Shown: piece after piece, positions 41,197 through 50,145 of the stretch
Position numbering within the stretch: position 1 is the stretch's first letter
Layout: the number at the start of each line of letters is the position of its first letter
NCBI GenBank assembly: GCA_002793915.1
Contig: PFEF01000003.1
Coordinates: 104,648-166,448 of the forward strand
Reading direction: 5' to 3'
Origin: Candidatus Ryanbacteria bacterium CG10_big_fil_rev_8_21_14_0_10_43_42
Lineage (GTDB): Bacteria; Patescibacteriota; Minisyncoccia; Ryanbacterales; 2-02-FULL-48-12
DNA length: 61,801 nt
Position numbers and translations under genes: made by a program
The notes under the pieces: generated by a model
Databases searched by the model: none
What the model was told of the DNA's origin: nothing
What the model saw: only the letters and a program-made list of their open reading frames with translations

Positions 41197-42531
41197 ATGG
41201 AGATACCGCAAAATAATACAAAACGAAGGGACTCTTTGCTTTTTAAACTCATAGCAATCGCGCTTCTTATGGGCGTTTCTTTAGCGGCTTCCTTTTCCGT
41301 CCTTGGTTTGGTAATAGAACGGTCCCACAGATCTGATGAAGCGATACGCGAAATAGCATCGGCATGGAGCCGTGAACAAACAATTACGGGCCCGGTGATA
41401 GCCATCCCCCTACAAACAACCGTAATCACGAGTACCGGACAAACAACAACGCAAGAAAATAACATATTCCTTCTTCCTGATACACTAACCTACGATATAT
41501 CAGTTGATACCGAAACCCGCTCTCGGGGCATATTTGAAGCGGCCGTCTACACAAGCCGCATAACGGGTACTGGCTCGTTTAACTTGGATGATGTGGACCG
41601 TACTCATATTGACGGCATCGTCCAATGGGATAATGCTACCGTGTTTATCGGTATTCCCGATACACGAGGCGTAGAATCTTCCGCTGTATTGCTCTGGAAC
41701 GGCGAAGAAATAATATTCGAACCGGGCGTACCAAGAAATAGCATAGAAGCGTCCGGCATTAGTGTTCCTCTGAACATCCAACCACTCAAGAAAGAGCATA
41801 TGTTTTCGTTCGACATAATACTGCGTGGAAGTGAGGCCATATACATAGCACCGCTCGGAAAAACAACCGACGTTTCGATATCTTCGAACTGGCCGGCACC
41901 GAGCTTTACCGGCGCATTCCTTCCCAAAGAACATAACCTTACCGATGCCGGCTTCACAGCAAAATGGAATGTATCTTCTTTCGGACGATCTCTACCGCAA
42001 TCGTGGGTGGAATCCGCAACAGGACATGATCAAACAATAAAAGAGCATATCGTCAACTCGCTATTCGGCGTTTCCCTTAACCATGGTGTTGATTTCTACA
42101 CGCAAGTAAATCGGTCGGTTAAATACTCCGTACTGTTTATAGCGCTTACGTTTCTTGTCTTTTTTATGTTTGAAGTGCTTTCCCAACTGCGCGTTCATCC
42201 GTTAAATTATCTCCTTATCGGCCTTGCCATTGCACTCTTTTATCTACTTCTATTATCACTCGCAGAACATGTCGGTTTCCTTTCGGCGTATAGCATTTCC
42301 GCAATCGCCATTACCGGTCTTATAACCGGCTATGCACGATCGGTTCTAAAAGCAAAAAAGAAAGCGGGCATTATTGCCGTCCTCCTGTCAGTTCTTTATT
42401 CATATTTATACATCCTTCTTCAGCTTGATGAATTTTCCCTCCTGTTCGGTTCCCTATTTCTCTTTGCAATACTCGCCATCGTTATGTACTTAACACGAAA
42501 TATAGACTGGTACGGCATAGGAGAACGATAA
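41197..42531 (+). CDS. CreD-family inner membrane protein
   Basis: Size (444 aa) and architecture (N-terminal TM, large periplasmic domain, 5 C-terminal TM); N-terminal SAWSREQTITGPVIAIP region resembles CreD. Confidence 0.6.
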   Translation: MEIPQNNTKRRDSLLFKLIAIALLMGVSLAASFSVLGLVIERSHRSDEAIREIASAWSREQTITGPVIAIPLQTTVITSTGQTTTQENNIFLLPDTLTYDISVDTETRSRGIFEAAVYTSRITGTGSFNLDDVDRTHIDGIVQWDNATVFIGIPDTRGVESSAVLLWNGEEIIFEPGVPRNSIEASGISVPLNIQPLKKEHMFSFDIILRGSEAIYIAPLGKTTDVSISSNWPAPSFTGAFLPKEHNLTDAGFTAKWNVSSFGRSLPQSWVESATGHDQTIKEHIVNSLFGVSLNHGVDFYTQVNRSVKYSVLFIALTFLVFFMFEVLSQLRVHPLNYLLIGLAIALFYLLLLSLAEHVGFLSAYSISAIAITGLITGYARSVLKAKKKAGIIAVLLSVLYSYLYILLQLDEFSLLFGSLFLFAILAIVMYLTRNIDWYGIGER

Positions 42532-42639
42532 GGACCCGCTTAAGTACGGTAAGAGTTCCTTTTTATGGATCGATGAGTTAAGAATGTTTGGAATTTGTCT
42601 TTGCTTCGCTAAGGATTTGTGCGCAAAGAATGTGGCAAT

Positions 42640-42672
42640 AAAAAAACAGACTCATTGAATCTGTTTAAAATT
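42640..42672. terminator. Bidirectional terminator between convergent genes
   Basis: A-run, AACAGA/TCTGTT stem, T/A-rich tail. Confidence 0.5.
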
Positions 42673-42677
42673 TACTC

Positions 42678-43952
42678 TTAAGACATAAGATCCCGTAATA
42701 CCGGATCGTTTTTAAGAAGGTCGGGAACATTTATGTTAAGTTGCTCGTGAGCCCATGCCAAACCTTCATTTACTTCCTCGCCATTAAAAGCGCTTAATAA
42801 TAAGAACACCTCTTCTTTGGAATACTGTTTTTGAAGAACGCGCCTTACCTCATCTATAATCTCTTTCTGTTCAAGACAGGGAGTATTGTTTTCCTGTCTA
42901 AGTCGTTCATTTACATGAATATCCTCCCAACCCAAACACATTAAGTTCTGCATGCCGTTTCTCTGCCGAAACGCTTTGGATGCCGCCATTTCACGAGCGA
43001 TGGTAATGGTATCTGCTCTGGCAAGAACATAAGCGAAGCGGTTATTTTTTTTCATCTTTACCGCAAGTACCGGTCCGCTACGGTGCTTGTGTACAAAATA
43101 AAAAACATATCCCGCTCCGGATTCCCAATATACTTTTACAAAAAATCTCTTTCCTTTACCGTTTCCATTTGCCAACGGAACGATGATGCCATTTTCATAA
43201 CCGCGCGGATGAACACAGTAGTACGAATCACTTCTATACATCAGGAATTCATGATGTTTTTTATTGAAGTCATTTTCTAGACGCTTGCAAACGGGTGATA
43301 TATGTGCCGAATATCGCTCGTCCGCAAACTCTTCGTCCGCATTGAGTATTGTTTCAATACCCTCTGTAAGCATAATCTTATAAAGAGCATCGGAAAGTGT
43401 TGGCATTACCCCCTGCGGTTTCGCTCTAAAACGCTTATGGGTTTTGTTTTTTCCAATATCTTTATATAACGGAAGATCATGCATGTATGTTGTCTCATCG
43501 GGACCCACAGAACACAAAACAAATGTTCCGTCTTCTCTTTGGAAAATCCATATTTGAAAATGTGCCGATTCGGGCTTTAGAGAACGTATGCGAAAAGATA
43601 TGCGCTGTCTCGGATTAAGTACGATATCTCCATACTTATTCGCTGACAATATTGCCTTACGACAGTGCCATTCACGAATGTGATCCTTTAATGTACGCTC
43701 TTCTATGAAATTCCTATTTTCTTGAAAACTCCATATAAGAGAAATAACTGCTTCCAAATGCCGCCGATATGAGCTTGTATCATTCGCATCATGCAAATGA
43801 ATAAATTGATCAATGGCATATTTTGCAAGTCGATTTCTTTCCACAGGAACCCCCTTTTTACCGTGTGGCAAACAAAGCGCGCATAAAAAACGAATAGCAT
43901 GGAACATGTCATGCGTAACAATATATTCCGGTTCGAATATTGTATACCACAA
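42678..43952 (-). CDS. Hypothetical protein
   Basis: 424-aa ORF, no recognisable motif. Confidence 0.4.
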   Translation of the reverse strand: MWYTIFEPEYIVTHDMFHAIRFLCALCLPHGKKGVPVERNRLAKYAIDQFIHLHDANDTSSYRRHLEAVISLIWSFQENRNFIEERTLKDHIREWHCRKAILSANKYGDIVLNPRQRISFRIRSLKPESAHFQIWIFQREDGTFVLCSVGPDETTYMHDLPLYKDIGKNKTHKRFRAKPQGVMPTLSDALYKIMLTEGIETILNADEEFADERYSAHISPVCKRLENDFNKKHHEFLMYRSDSYYCVHPRGYENGIIVPLANGNGKGKRFFVKVYWESGAGYVFYFVHKHRSGPVLAVKMKKNNRFAYVLARADTITIAREMAASKAFRQRNGMQNLMCLGWEDIHVNERLRQENNTPCLEQKEIIDEVRRVLQKQYSKEEVFLLLSAFNGEEVNEGLAWAHEQLNINVPDLLKNDPVLRDLMS

Positions 43953-44078
43953 AAAAATAACTCTGTCAATTATCTGACCTAGTTACTTAAAATAAAAAGA
44001 GGTTTGTTTTTACCGAATATGGAGTATGCTTTTCCAAAATGTATGCAAGTACGACTGTAAGCAAAATCACGAACCCAT

Positions 44079-44939
44079 TCAATTTTGGCCCTGAGCTTGG
44101 ATGAATGTAAATGAGTTAACGAGTGATTGAAAATCCTTGTAAATATCTGATTCCTTATCTCTATACGCACCCATGAGCACGTATACATACTGACCGTTTG
44201 CGATTATATATGTATCTATGGGATAGAGCCCGTCTGCAGTATAAAAACTCGCATTTGCGCCGCCCACCACTGCTTCTTTTGGATCATCAAGTGCAAGTCC
44301 TACGTTTGACTCAAGAGATTTTCGCTCCGGCCAGACAAATGCTGAAAGGTTATCTGGGTTTTGATACACGCGGATATGAATAGCAGGAGGACCTTCCCGT
44401 GCGTCGGTGCTGTTTTGCAGTTCTTCATATTCATTACGGTTCATGAGCATTACACCGGAAATGAAGTCAATGTCCTGACTTTCCGTGTTTTCAAGCATAA
44501 TGTAGCCATCGGGCCCTTTGCGGTATGTGAATTCATACCCCCGTGTCCGATCGCGGACGGTTTTAGTAACAGTCAAATAATGCGTAGGATCTTCGCATGG
44601 TACAATACGGCCCGGTGCATCAACATCCCCTTCAACATAAATTTGATCACCTACCTCAATATCGCCAACTAATGCAATGCGCTCAAACGCTTCACAGAAG
44701 GATAGTCCCATAGAAGGTACCGCAATAACTGCACCTTTTTCGTCATCATCTCGAACAGTTATCAGCGCAGGGCCGTCATAAGCCATTGCATCAAGATCCA
44801 CATTTGTAACAACGCCCGAAAAAGAACCGGGCAGTGGGGTTTTTGTCTCCTCTTCCAGCTCACCATCTTGCCCTACAAGAAAATAGTATCCTACTCCTAT
44901 AAGGACAAGAACAATAATAGCTATGGGTAACCTCTTCAT
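44079..44939 (-). CDS. Hypothetical secreted/anchored protein
   Basis: 286-aa ORF with an N-terminal TM/signal anchor. Confidence 0.4.
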   Translation of the reverse strand: MKRLPIAIIVLVLIGVGYYFLVGQDGELEEETKTPLPGSFSGVVTNVDLDAMAYDGPALITVRDDDEKGAVIAVPSMGLSFCEAFERIALVGDIEVGDQIYVEGDVDAPGRIVPCEDPTHYLTVTKTVRDRTRGYEFTYRKGPDGYIMLENTESQDIDFISGVMLMNRNEYEELQNSTDAREGPPAIHIRVYQNPDNLSAFVWPERKSLESNVGLALDDPKEAVVGGANASFYTADGLYPIDTYIIANGQYVYVLMGAYRDKESDIYKDFQSLVNSFTFIQAQGQN

Positions 44940-45026
44940 GGCGTCATTATAGCAGTTTAATGAGAGGGTGCCTATTTCTTTTTCGGTACAACGAGAACGA
45001 ATGCGTCAATATACTTCGCTTTTTGT

Positions 45027-45440
45027 TTAGTTGTTTTCGACATATTTTTTAAAATTATCCAGAATTGCTTGCCAACCAGAGCGTTGCACTTCCTCACTAT
45101 TCTCGCTTTCAGGATCAAACGTTTCTATTACTTTTACTCCTTCAGCAGTTTCTTTAAATTCAACTTTTACTTTACGACCATCATCCATAACGGATTCGAG
45201 TAATTCATTTTCTTTAATTTCAGTATAGGTAAGGATAAAATCAAAACTCTGACTTTTATCTTTTGCAGACATTGTGATTTTTAATTTTCCGCCAATACGC
45301 AGATCATTTTCAGGAGATAATGCCTCCCAATCATCAGAAGCAAACACCCATTTTGTGAGGTGTTTAGGCTCATTCCAGCACTCCCATACTTTTTCTATTG
45401 GAGCAGTAACTGTTGTTTGTACTGTTATTGTATTTTCCAT
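45027..45440 (-). CDS. SRPBCC/AHSA1-domain protein
   Basis: 137 aa; PIEKVWECWNEPKHLTKW...GWQAILDNFKKYVE typical of Aha1-like SRPBCC proteins. Confidence 0.7.
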   Translation of the reverse strand: MENTITVQTTVTAPIEKVWECWNEPKHLTKWVFASDDWEALSPENDLRIGGKLKITMSAKDKSQSFDFILTYTEIKENELLESVMDDGRKVKVEFKETAEGVKVIETFDPESENSEEVQRSGWQAILDNFKKYVENN

Positions 45441-45441
45441 A

Positions 45442-46344
45442 TCATTTTTTTTCTCCGGCTTTTTTGAGATCTGCTATGATTAATTTTTTCATTTTAAGCA
45501 TTGCCGGCGTTGTTTTTTCCGGATTCTTCCCCATTAATTCATTCATATTTTCAGGAACTATTTGCCACGAAACACCATACCTGTCTTTTACCCATCCACA
45601 CTGTTCAGATTCCGGCACAGCTGAAAGTTTCTCCCAATAGTAATCGATCTCTTGTTGATCTTTACAATTAACCATAAGAGAAACAGCTTCGTTGAATGCG
45701 AATTTGTGCATTTTACTACTGCCATCCATCGCAGCAAACCACTGACCTTCCAGCTTGAAATCAGTAAACATAACAGAGCCCTCCTTACCTCCCCCTGCTT
45801 CTGCACCGGCAGGATAACGAGCAATAGCGCCTCGTTTTGCATCCTTGAAGACAGAAAGATAAAAATCGGTTGCTTCTTCTGCCCTGTCACATGTGTCGGT
45901 AACAAAAAGCATTGATGGGATAATTAGAGGACGCTCATCGCCTTCGGGTTTTGTGTAGATTAACTGCCAGGAGAATCCATATTTATCTTCTACCCATCCA
46001 TATCGTTCACTAAACGGATACTCCTGGAGAGGCATAAGTGCCTTTCCGCCATCTAATAATTTTTCCCATATATCATCAATTCTTTTCCGTGCATCTTTGT
46101 CTTGTGATGGATCAAAATTAACCATTATGGAAATAGAAGGATTAAATTTAAAAAGCGGACCGGCACTAATTGCCATAAAGCTATATCCCATAACTTCGAA
46201 ACCAACAATATCACAGTCACCTGACGGTGTGTCTTTAATTTGAGTTTTATACAACACCTTAGAATCAGGAAAGGCGGAAGTATAAAACTCAGCGGCTTCT
46301 ATAGCCTCTTTATCAAACCATAAATGTGGGATAATTTTTTGCAT
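45442..46344 (-). CDS. Two-domain VOC/PhnB-like (3-demethylubiquinone methyltransferase-like fold) protein
   Basis: Repeated pattern PHLWF...AEFY...F...YGFSWQ / RYGVSWQI in both halves. Confidence 0.65.
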   Translation of the reverse strand: MQKIIPHLWFDKEAIEAAEFYTSAFPDSKVLYKTQIKDTPSGDCDIVGFEVMGYSFMAISAGPLFKFNPSISIMVNFDPSQDKDARKRIDDIWEKLLDGGKALMPLQEYPFSERYGWVEDKYGFSWQLIYTKPEGDERPLIIPSMLFVTDTCDRAEEATDFYLSVFKDAKRGAIARYPAGAEAGGGKEGSVMFTDFKLEGQWFAAMDGSSKMHKFAFNEAVSLMVNCKDQQEIDYYWEKLSAVPESEQCGWVKDRYGVSWQIVPENMNELMGKNPEKTTPAMLKMKKLIIADLKKAGEKK

Positions 46345-46686
46345 AATTATAAGAGTAATTTCTTAGTAATGCCATTATAGCAAATTTTAATGATTAATTA
46401 GAGTAATGGTGCTAATATCCGAACATACAAATTTTCATAATCTCTTTTTTACCAAGAGGCCGGAACTTGCGCCGCGAAATATCGGAGTGAATCACCCACG
46501 GCCTTGCTTCAATGTGAATACAAACCGCGTATGCTCATCCGAGGTTAAACACCACCGACATAATTCTGTTCACTAAAAGTGAAGATAAGTCGTCTATTCA
46601 CCTGCGAACTAAGCGTGAAGAAGAGATGTGGAATGATATAGATGTTCACTAAGTCCTATATCATATTAGGAAGGGAAATCCTTACA

Positions 46687-46715
46687 AACGGAACCTTTAA
46701 TGGTTCCGTTTTTTC
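46687..46715 (+). terminator. Orphan plus-strand intrinsic terminator with no upstream plus-strand gene
   Basis: CGGAACC-TTTAAT-GGTTCCG followed by TTTTTT. Confidence 0.6.
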
Positions 46716-46782
46716 TTGCTTTTTGCAGTACACATGCTATGAATGACAGCAGATTTTTGTACTTGAAAAGGAGAACAATGAA

Positions 46783-47277
46783 ATGGGAGAAAACAATCAG
46801 TCCGAGAATGTTAGACAGGAAAACCATCGTACGGAATACAATATTGTAGCTACAACATGGAGATTTTTCGTAAGCCTTCGGTTCATCGTAGCGGCGTTTG
46901 CAGTAACGTTGCATTCGGCACTTCTTACTTTGTACAGTCAGTTTTATCAACAACAGACCGTGCTTAGCCAGATTAGTATTCTAGGGCTTCCAAGTGTTGG
47001 TACCATTGCTGCTCTTGCTATTTTTCTGATTGAATTGCGGAACATTGATCTTTATATTCTCATGATACAGCGGGGCAGGGAATTGGAAGATGTTTTAGAT
47101 TTGCAAGATGCGCATTTTGCCAGATTGGGAGAGCCTTACACACGACCTCTAACGGTTTACGATCGTCTGATCAGCCATACCATGGGTATTTATATCCTTC
47201 ATGTTGGCGTCGCAACACTTTGGGTTCATTTGTTTGTTTTAAGCATATGGACATTGAGTAAAAATACTGTTACATGA
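46783..47277 (+). CDS. Hypothetical membrane protein
   Basis: 164-aa ORF after AAGGAG; 4 TM helices. Confidence 0.45.
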   Translation: MGENNQSENVRQENHRTEYNIVATTWRFFVSLRFIVAAFAVTLHSALLTLYSQFYQQQTVLSQISILGLPSVGTIAALAIFLIELRNIDLYILMIQRGRELEDVLDLQDAHFARLGEPYTRPLTVYDRLISHTMGIYILHVGVATLWVHLFVLSIWTLSKNTVT

Positions 47278-47288
47278 AAGGAGTGTAT

Positions 47289-47423
47289 ATGACAACAAAA
47301 GAATTTGTAGAGGCGCTGGAGCAACACAAAAAACACCCCGCTTGGTTTGTGTTTCCAGTTGTTACTGCGTGTACTACTGGTTTCATTGGTTGTCTGGTCG
47401 GGATAGTTTACTTTTTTTTCTAA
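47289..47423 (+). CDS. Possible 44-aa membrane peptide (not in the ORF track)
   Basis: AAGGAG SD 6 nt upstream; MTTKEFVEALEQHKKHPAWFVFPVVTACTTGFIGCLVGIVYFFF; followed by a terminator. Confidence 0.35.
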   Translation: MTTKEFVEALEQHKKHPAWFVFPVVTACTTGFIGCLVGIVYFFF

Positions 47424-47442
47424 TTGCTCTTTTACGGTATGT

Positions 47443-47486
47443 AAACGGTTTTTCATCATAACCTGCATTGAAAAACCGTTTTTTAT
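47443..47486 (+). terminator. Intrinsic terminator
   Basis: 11-bp stem AAACGGTTTTT/AAAAACCGTTT plus a T-run. Confidence 0.6.
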
Positions 47487-47594
47487 TGTAGCGTTATAGT
47501 ATAATGGTACATGCCGTTTCTTCTTTTTTTGAATCGTTCACCGCGCGCGGACGTTTTTTCATTTTCACAAAAAAGAAAATGAGGATAACAGCAA

Positions 47595-47643
47595 ATAACG
47601 GATAACGGGATAACGGGGTCAGGGATAACGGGGTCAGGGACGC
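47595..47643 (+). repeat. Forward array of GATAACGGGGTCAG-type units (left end of element copy 1)
   Basis: ATAACGGATAACGGGATAACGGGGTCAGGGATAACGGGGTCAGGGACGC. Confidence 0.85.
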
Positions 47644-47857
47644 TTTTTTGGTCGCCAAGGATCTCGAACGGTTGATTCAAGATTGAATCGGTTAATAATG
47701 CGGTTGATCCACTGTTCCCTGCCATACGGTTTGCCTCTGTTTACACTGTAGCGCAATTCTTCCAGTTCATCATCTTTTTCTGGTTCATTGACATAAGAAA
47801 TGTAATCATCGGGCATATCAGTGGGCCATTTTGGATAAGCGTCCCTGACCCCGTTAT
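47625..47857 (-). mobile_element. 233-bp non-autonomous deletion derivative of a RAYT/IS200-like element (copy 1), 19-bp perfect terminal inverted repeats
   Basis: ATAACGGGGTCAGGGACGC at 47625-47643 and its reverse complement at 47839-47857. The interior equals the last about 190 bp of a Y1 transposase gene. Confidence 0.75.
47634..47816 (-). pseudogene. C-terminal 60-codon remnant of a RAYT-type transposase gene (intact ATG-initiated ORF)
   Basis: MPDDYISYVNEPEKDDELEELRYSVNRGKPYGREQWINRIINRFNLESTVRDPWRPKKRP, 52/60 identical to the tail of the 56411-57085 protein. Confidence 0.7.
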
Positions 47858-47885
47858 CCGTTATCTGACCCCGTTATCCGTTATC
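47839..47885 (-). repeat. Reverse array of the same motif (right end of copy 1)
   Basis: GCGTCCCTGACCCCGTTATCCGTTATCTGACCCCGTTATCCGTTATC. Confidence 0.85.
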
Positions 47886-47959
47886 TCCAGAATGATATTA
47901 TAACCACTCTTTGCGATAGAGAGCTTATGGAGCTATGGCGGGAGCGGCTGGCGTATATT

Positions 47960-48688
47960 TTAAGAATTGAAAATACCGTCAAAAGCAAGTGTTAAAAACT
48001 TTTCAGCTGCCGCTGCCGTGTATGATACGCCATTTTCCGGATCAACAAGCTCGTGATTAAAACTGGGAAACTCAACCCATCCGCGCGAAAAGCAGGCAGT
48101 TGTACTGTTATAAATTTTTTGCTGTGATTCTTTTGGCACAACATCATCTTTGCCGCCGTGAAGGAAAAACAGCGAACCGTGAAATTCATTTAAAGACCCC
48201 AACAAAACAGACGTATCAGGTAATGTTGATAGAAGCGGTTTTGTTGTAGTAGGACTTTTCCCGCAACCGCTTCCTATCATAACAACTGCTTGCATTGCCT
48301 GTAATACGTTTGGGCAACCAATAAGAATAGTGCCGCCAAACGACATTGCAACAGTCCCCCACACAACTTCTTCCCGCAAGATATTCTCTTTGCAATATGT
48401 AAACGCGTTTTGTACATCATCGCATTCCTGCTGAAATGTTTTTCCGATAAACGCATCATTTTTTTCTGCATTACGCCTCCCCGTGTTAAAAAGAAACACG
48501 TTATTTTTATTTCCCAACAGCTCTGCCAGTTTGTTATCCCACGATGGTTTACTCTGTGTACCTACTAGGACATGCTGTCCATACAGCCCTTTCAAAACCA
48601 AAACAGCTTGGTTTGTTTTTTCTTTCGCAGGGTAATGAAAAATAGCGGTTTCCCCGAAGAATACGGATGACAACTTGTGCACTTTCAT
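47960..48688 (-). CDS. Alpha/beta-hydrolase fold protein (dienelactone hydrolase-like)
   Basis: Nucleophile-elbow-like VAMSFGG, late HGGKDDVVP and FNHEL segments. Confidence 0.5.
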   Translation of the reverse strand: MKVHKLSSVFFGETAIFHYPAKEKTNQAVLVLKGLYGQHVLVGTQSKPSWDNKLAELLGNKNNVFLFNTGRRNAEKNDAFIGKTFQQECDDVQNAFTYCKENILREEVVWGTVAMSFGGTILIGCPNVLQAMQAVVMIGSGCGKSPTTTKPLLSTLPDTSVLLGSLNEFHGSLFFLHGGKDDVVPKESQQKIYNSTTACFSRGWVEFPSFNHELVDPENGVSYTAAAAEKFLTLAFDGIFNS

Positions 48689-48735
48689 AATAATAGAATA
48701 CGCCCGTTACTCGGTATGAGCAACAGGCGTTGTTT

Positions 48736-49944
48736 TTACCTAAATTCCGGTTTTTCTCCGGAATCAACGAGCTGTACTTCGTTTCCAACTTGATCTTTTG
48801 CGGATGTGCCAAACCGATATGTCATTGGCGGAAAATCTGCAACTTTCCAAGCAGGTATAGCGTGGTGATAGTTTCGGATTTCCGAGATGATCTGTTCATA
48901 TGGCACAGAAAAATGAGCGCAGAAAGCTCTTGATAATCTTACCAACAAATACCTGCCAATCATACCGTCAAAAACGTGGCTATATTGTGATTGCACTGTT
49001 GTACCGGATTCCGTACCCGCAACGTGTTTGGTGAACAGTGGCAAGCCGAGCGCTGATCTTGTGCGCGAGTCGCTGTATATGCCTTGAAAATCGCGATGCA
49101 CCGCCCGCCGTAATTTCAAATTCGCGTCTATTTCCGCCAACGTGTTTTGGCCGTGAAGTTCCGGCAGAAGTCCCCGAACTGAAATCAACAACGTCCATGC
49201 CTCAAGAATGGGTCCAATGATTTCTGCAACGAAATACTCTAGCGGATGCCGATTTCCGTGCAGCTTTACAATCTGCACCAAAAGCGGCTCATCGTCCGGC
49301 TCTTGCGGATCGGAAGCATACAGTGAATGGTACGGCATTAAAACGCGTACATCTTCCACTGGAGGATGGGGACGTGTCTCCCGGAATATAACGCCGGATC
49401 CTTCATAATCCCCACCCTGCACAACCACTCCAAGAGATTCGGGCAAAAATGCATAACGTCCCGTATCGGAACGCTCATTGCACATACTTCTTAAATCGGA
49501 ACAAACAGCGATGCTGTGTTCAATGGAACTTCGGTGTAATCTCCGTATAAAGCGGAAATGCTTTTTATCCAGGTCGGTTTTGATGTAAACGCGTAAGCCG
49601 TTTTCTGTCAGCAAAGTACGCGTAGAGCTTGTTGGCTGTGTGCATACAGTACCAGCCACATCCAACCCAGGCCGCGCAACGTCAGGATGCCAAAAGAAGC
49701 GATATTTTCCGCCAATCCGTACCCAATCAAGCAGTTCTTTCGGCGGTACAGATTGCAACACGATACATTTTTCAAGAGCCAAGAGCGTATAGGGCAGATT
49801 AATATGCGGTATGGGACCTTGCGGGTCATACCGCGCGTCAACATCTGAATAATCGTAGAAGCTACCCTTCGAATCATTTAAGTACCGTTCTCCGTATATC
49901 GTGTGGCTTAACGCATCACCAACAAACAAGTCGCCTAGCTTCAT
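48736..49944 (-). CDS. IucA/IucC-like (NIS-synthetase-like) core protein, tentative
   Basis: FFWHP, PTSSTRTL, YIKTDLDK and ELHGQNTL resemble the HPWQ / SxRT / K / HxQN landmarks of IucA/IucC enzymes; recognised by eye only. Confidence 0.35.
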   Translation of the reverse strand: MKLGDLFVGDALSHTIYGERYLNDSKGSFYDYSDVDARYDPQGPIPHINLPYTLLALEKCIVLQSVPPKELLDWVRIGGKYRFFWHPDVARPGLDVAGTVCTQPTSSTRTLLTENGLRVYIKTDLDKKHFRFIRRLHRSSIEHSIAVCSDLRSMCNERSDTGRYAFLPESLGVVVQGGDYEGSGVIFRETRPHPPVEDVRVLMPYHSLYASDPQEPDDEPLLVQIVKLHGNRHPLEYFVAEIIGPILEAWTLLISVRGLLPELHGQNTLAEIDANLKLRRAVHRDFQGIYSDSRTRSALGLPLFTKHVAGTESGTTVQSQYSHVFDGMIGRYLLVRLSRAFCAHFSVPYEQIISEIRNYHHAIPAWKVADFPPMTYRFGTSAKDQVGNEVQLVDSGEKPEFR

Positions 49945-50107
49945 CTTAATCCCCCTTTCAGCGAGCTAATTTTACGAGAAGGCTACTCTTTTTAAAACGC
50001 CTTGTCAATGTCCACTTTCGGTAACACTTTATTTTTATCTAATGCGTGTTCCCGGCGAGCTACGCTTTGATAAAACCCTTCTTATCGAAAAACTTTAGAA
50101 TTTATTA

Positions 50108-50142
50108 CATAACGGGGTCAGTACATAACGATAACGAGGTCA
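50108..50142 (+). repeat. Forward array of the motif flanking the IS
   Basis: ATAACGGGGTCAG TAC ATAACGATAACGAGGTCAG. Confidence 0.75.
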
Positions 50143-50145
50143 GCC

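Noticed and set aside
46487-46503. GAATCACCCACGGCC resembling the tRNA-His T-arm, considered as a distal att repeat of the island
   Set aside because: Only about 9 of 11 core positions match, with indels. An att repeat would be a longer exact copy of the tRNA 3-prime end.
47595-47643. Tandem GATAACGGGGTCAG units considered as a CRISPR array
   Set aside because: The units are about 14 nt and contiguous without spacers. They occur as inverted pairs around transposase sequences, and there are no cas genes.
47851-47885. GTTATCCGTTATC resembles DnaA boxes (TTATCCACA), raising the possibility of a replication origin
   Set aside because: The match is only partial. There is no dnaA or dnaN and no AT-rich unwinding element. 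The motif is tied to mobile element ends.
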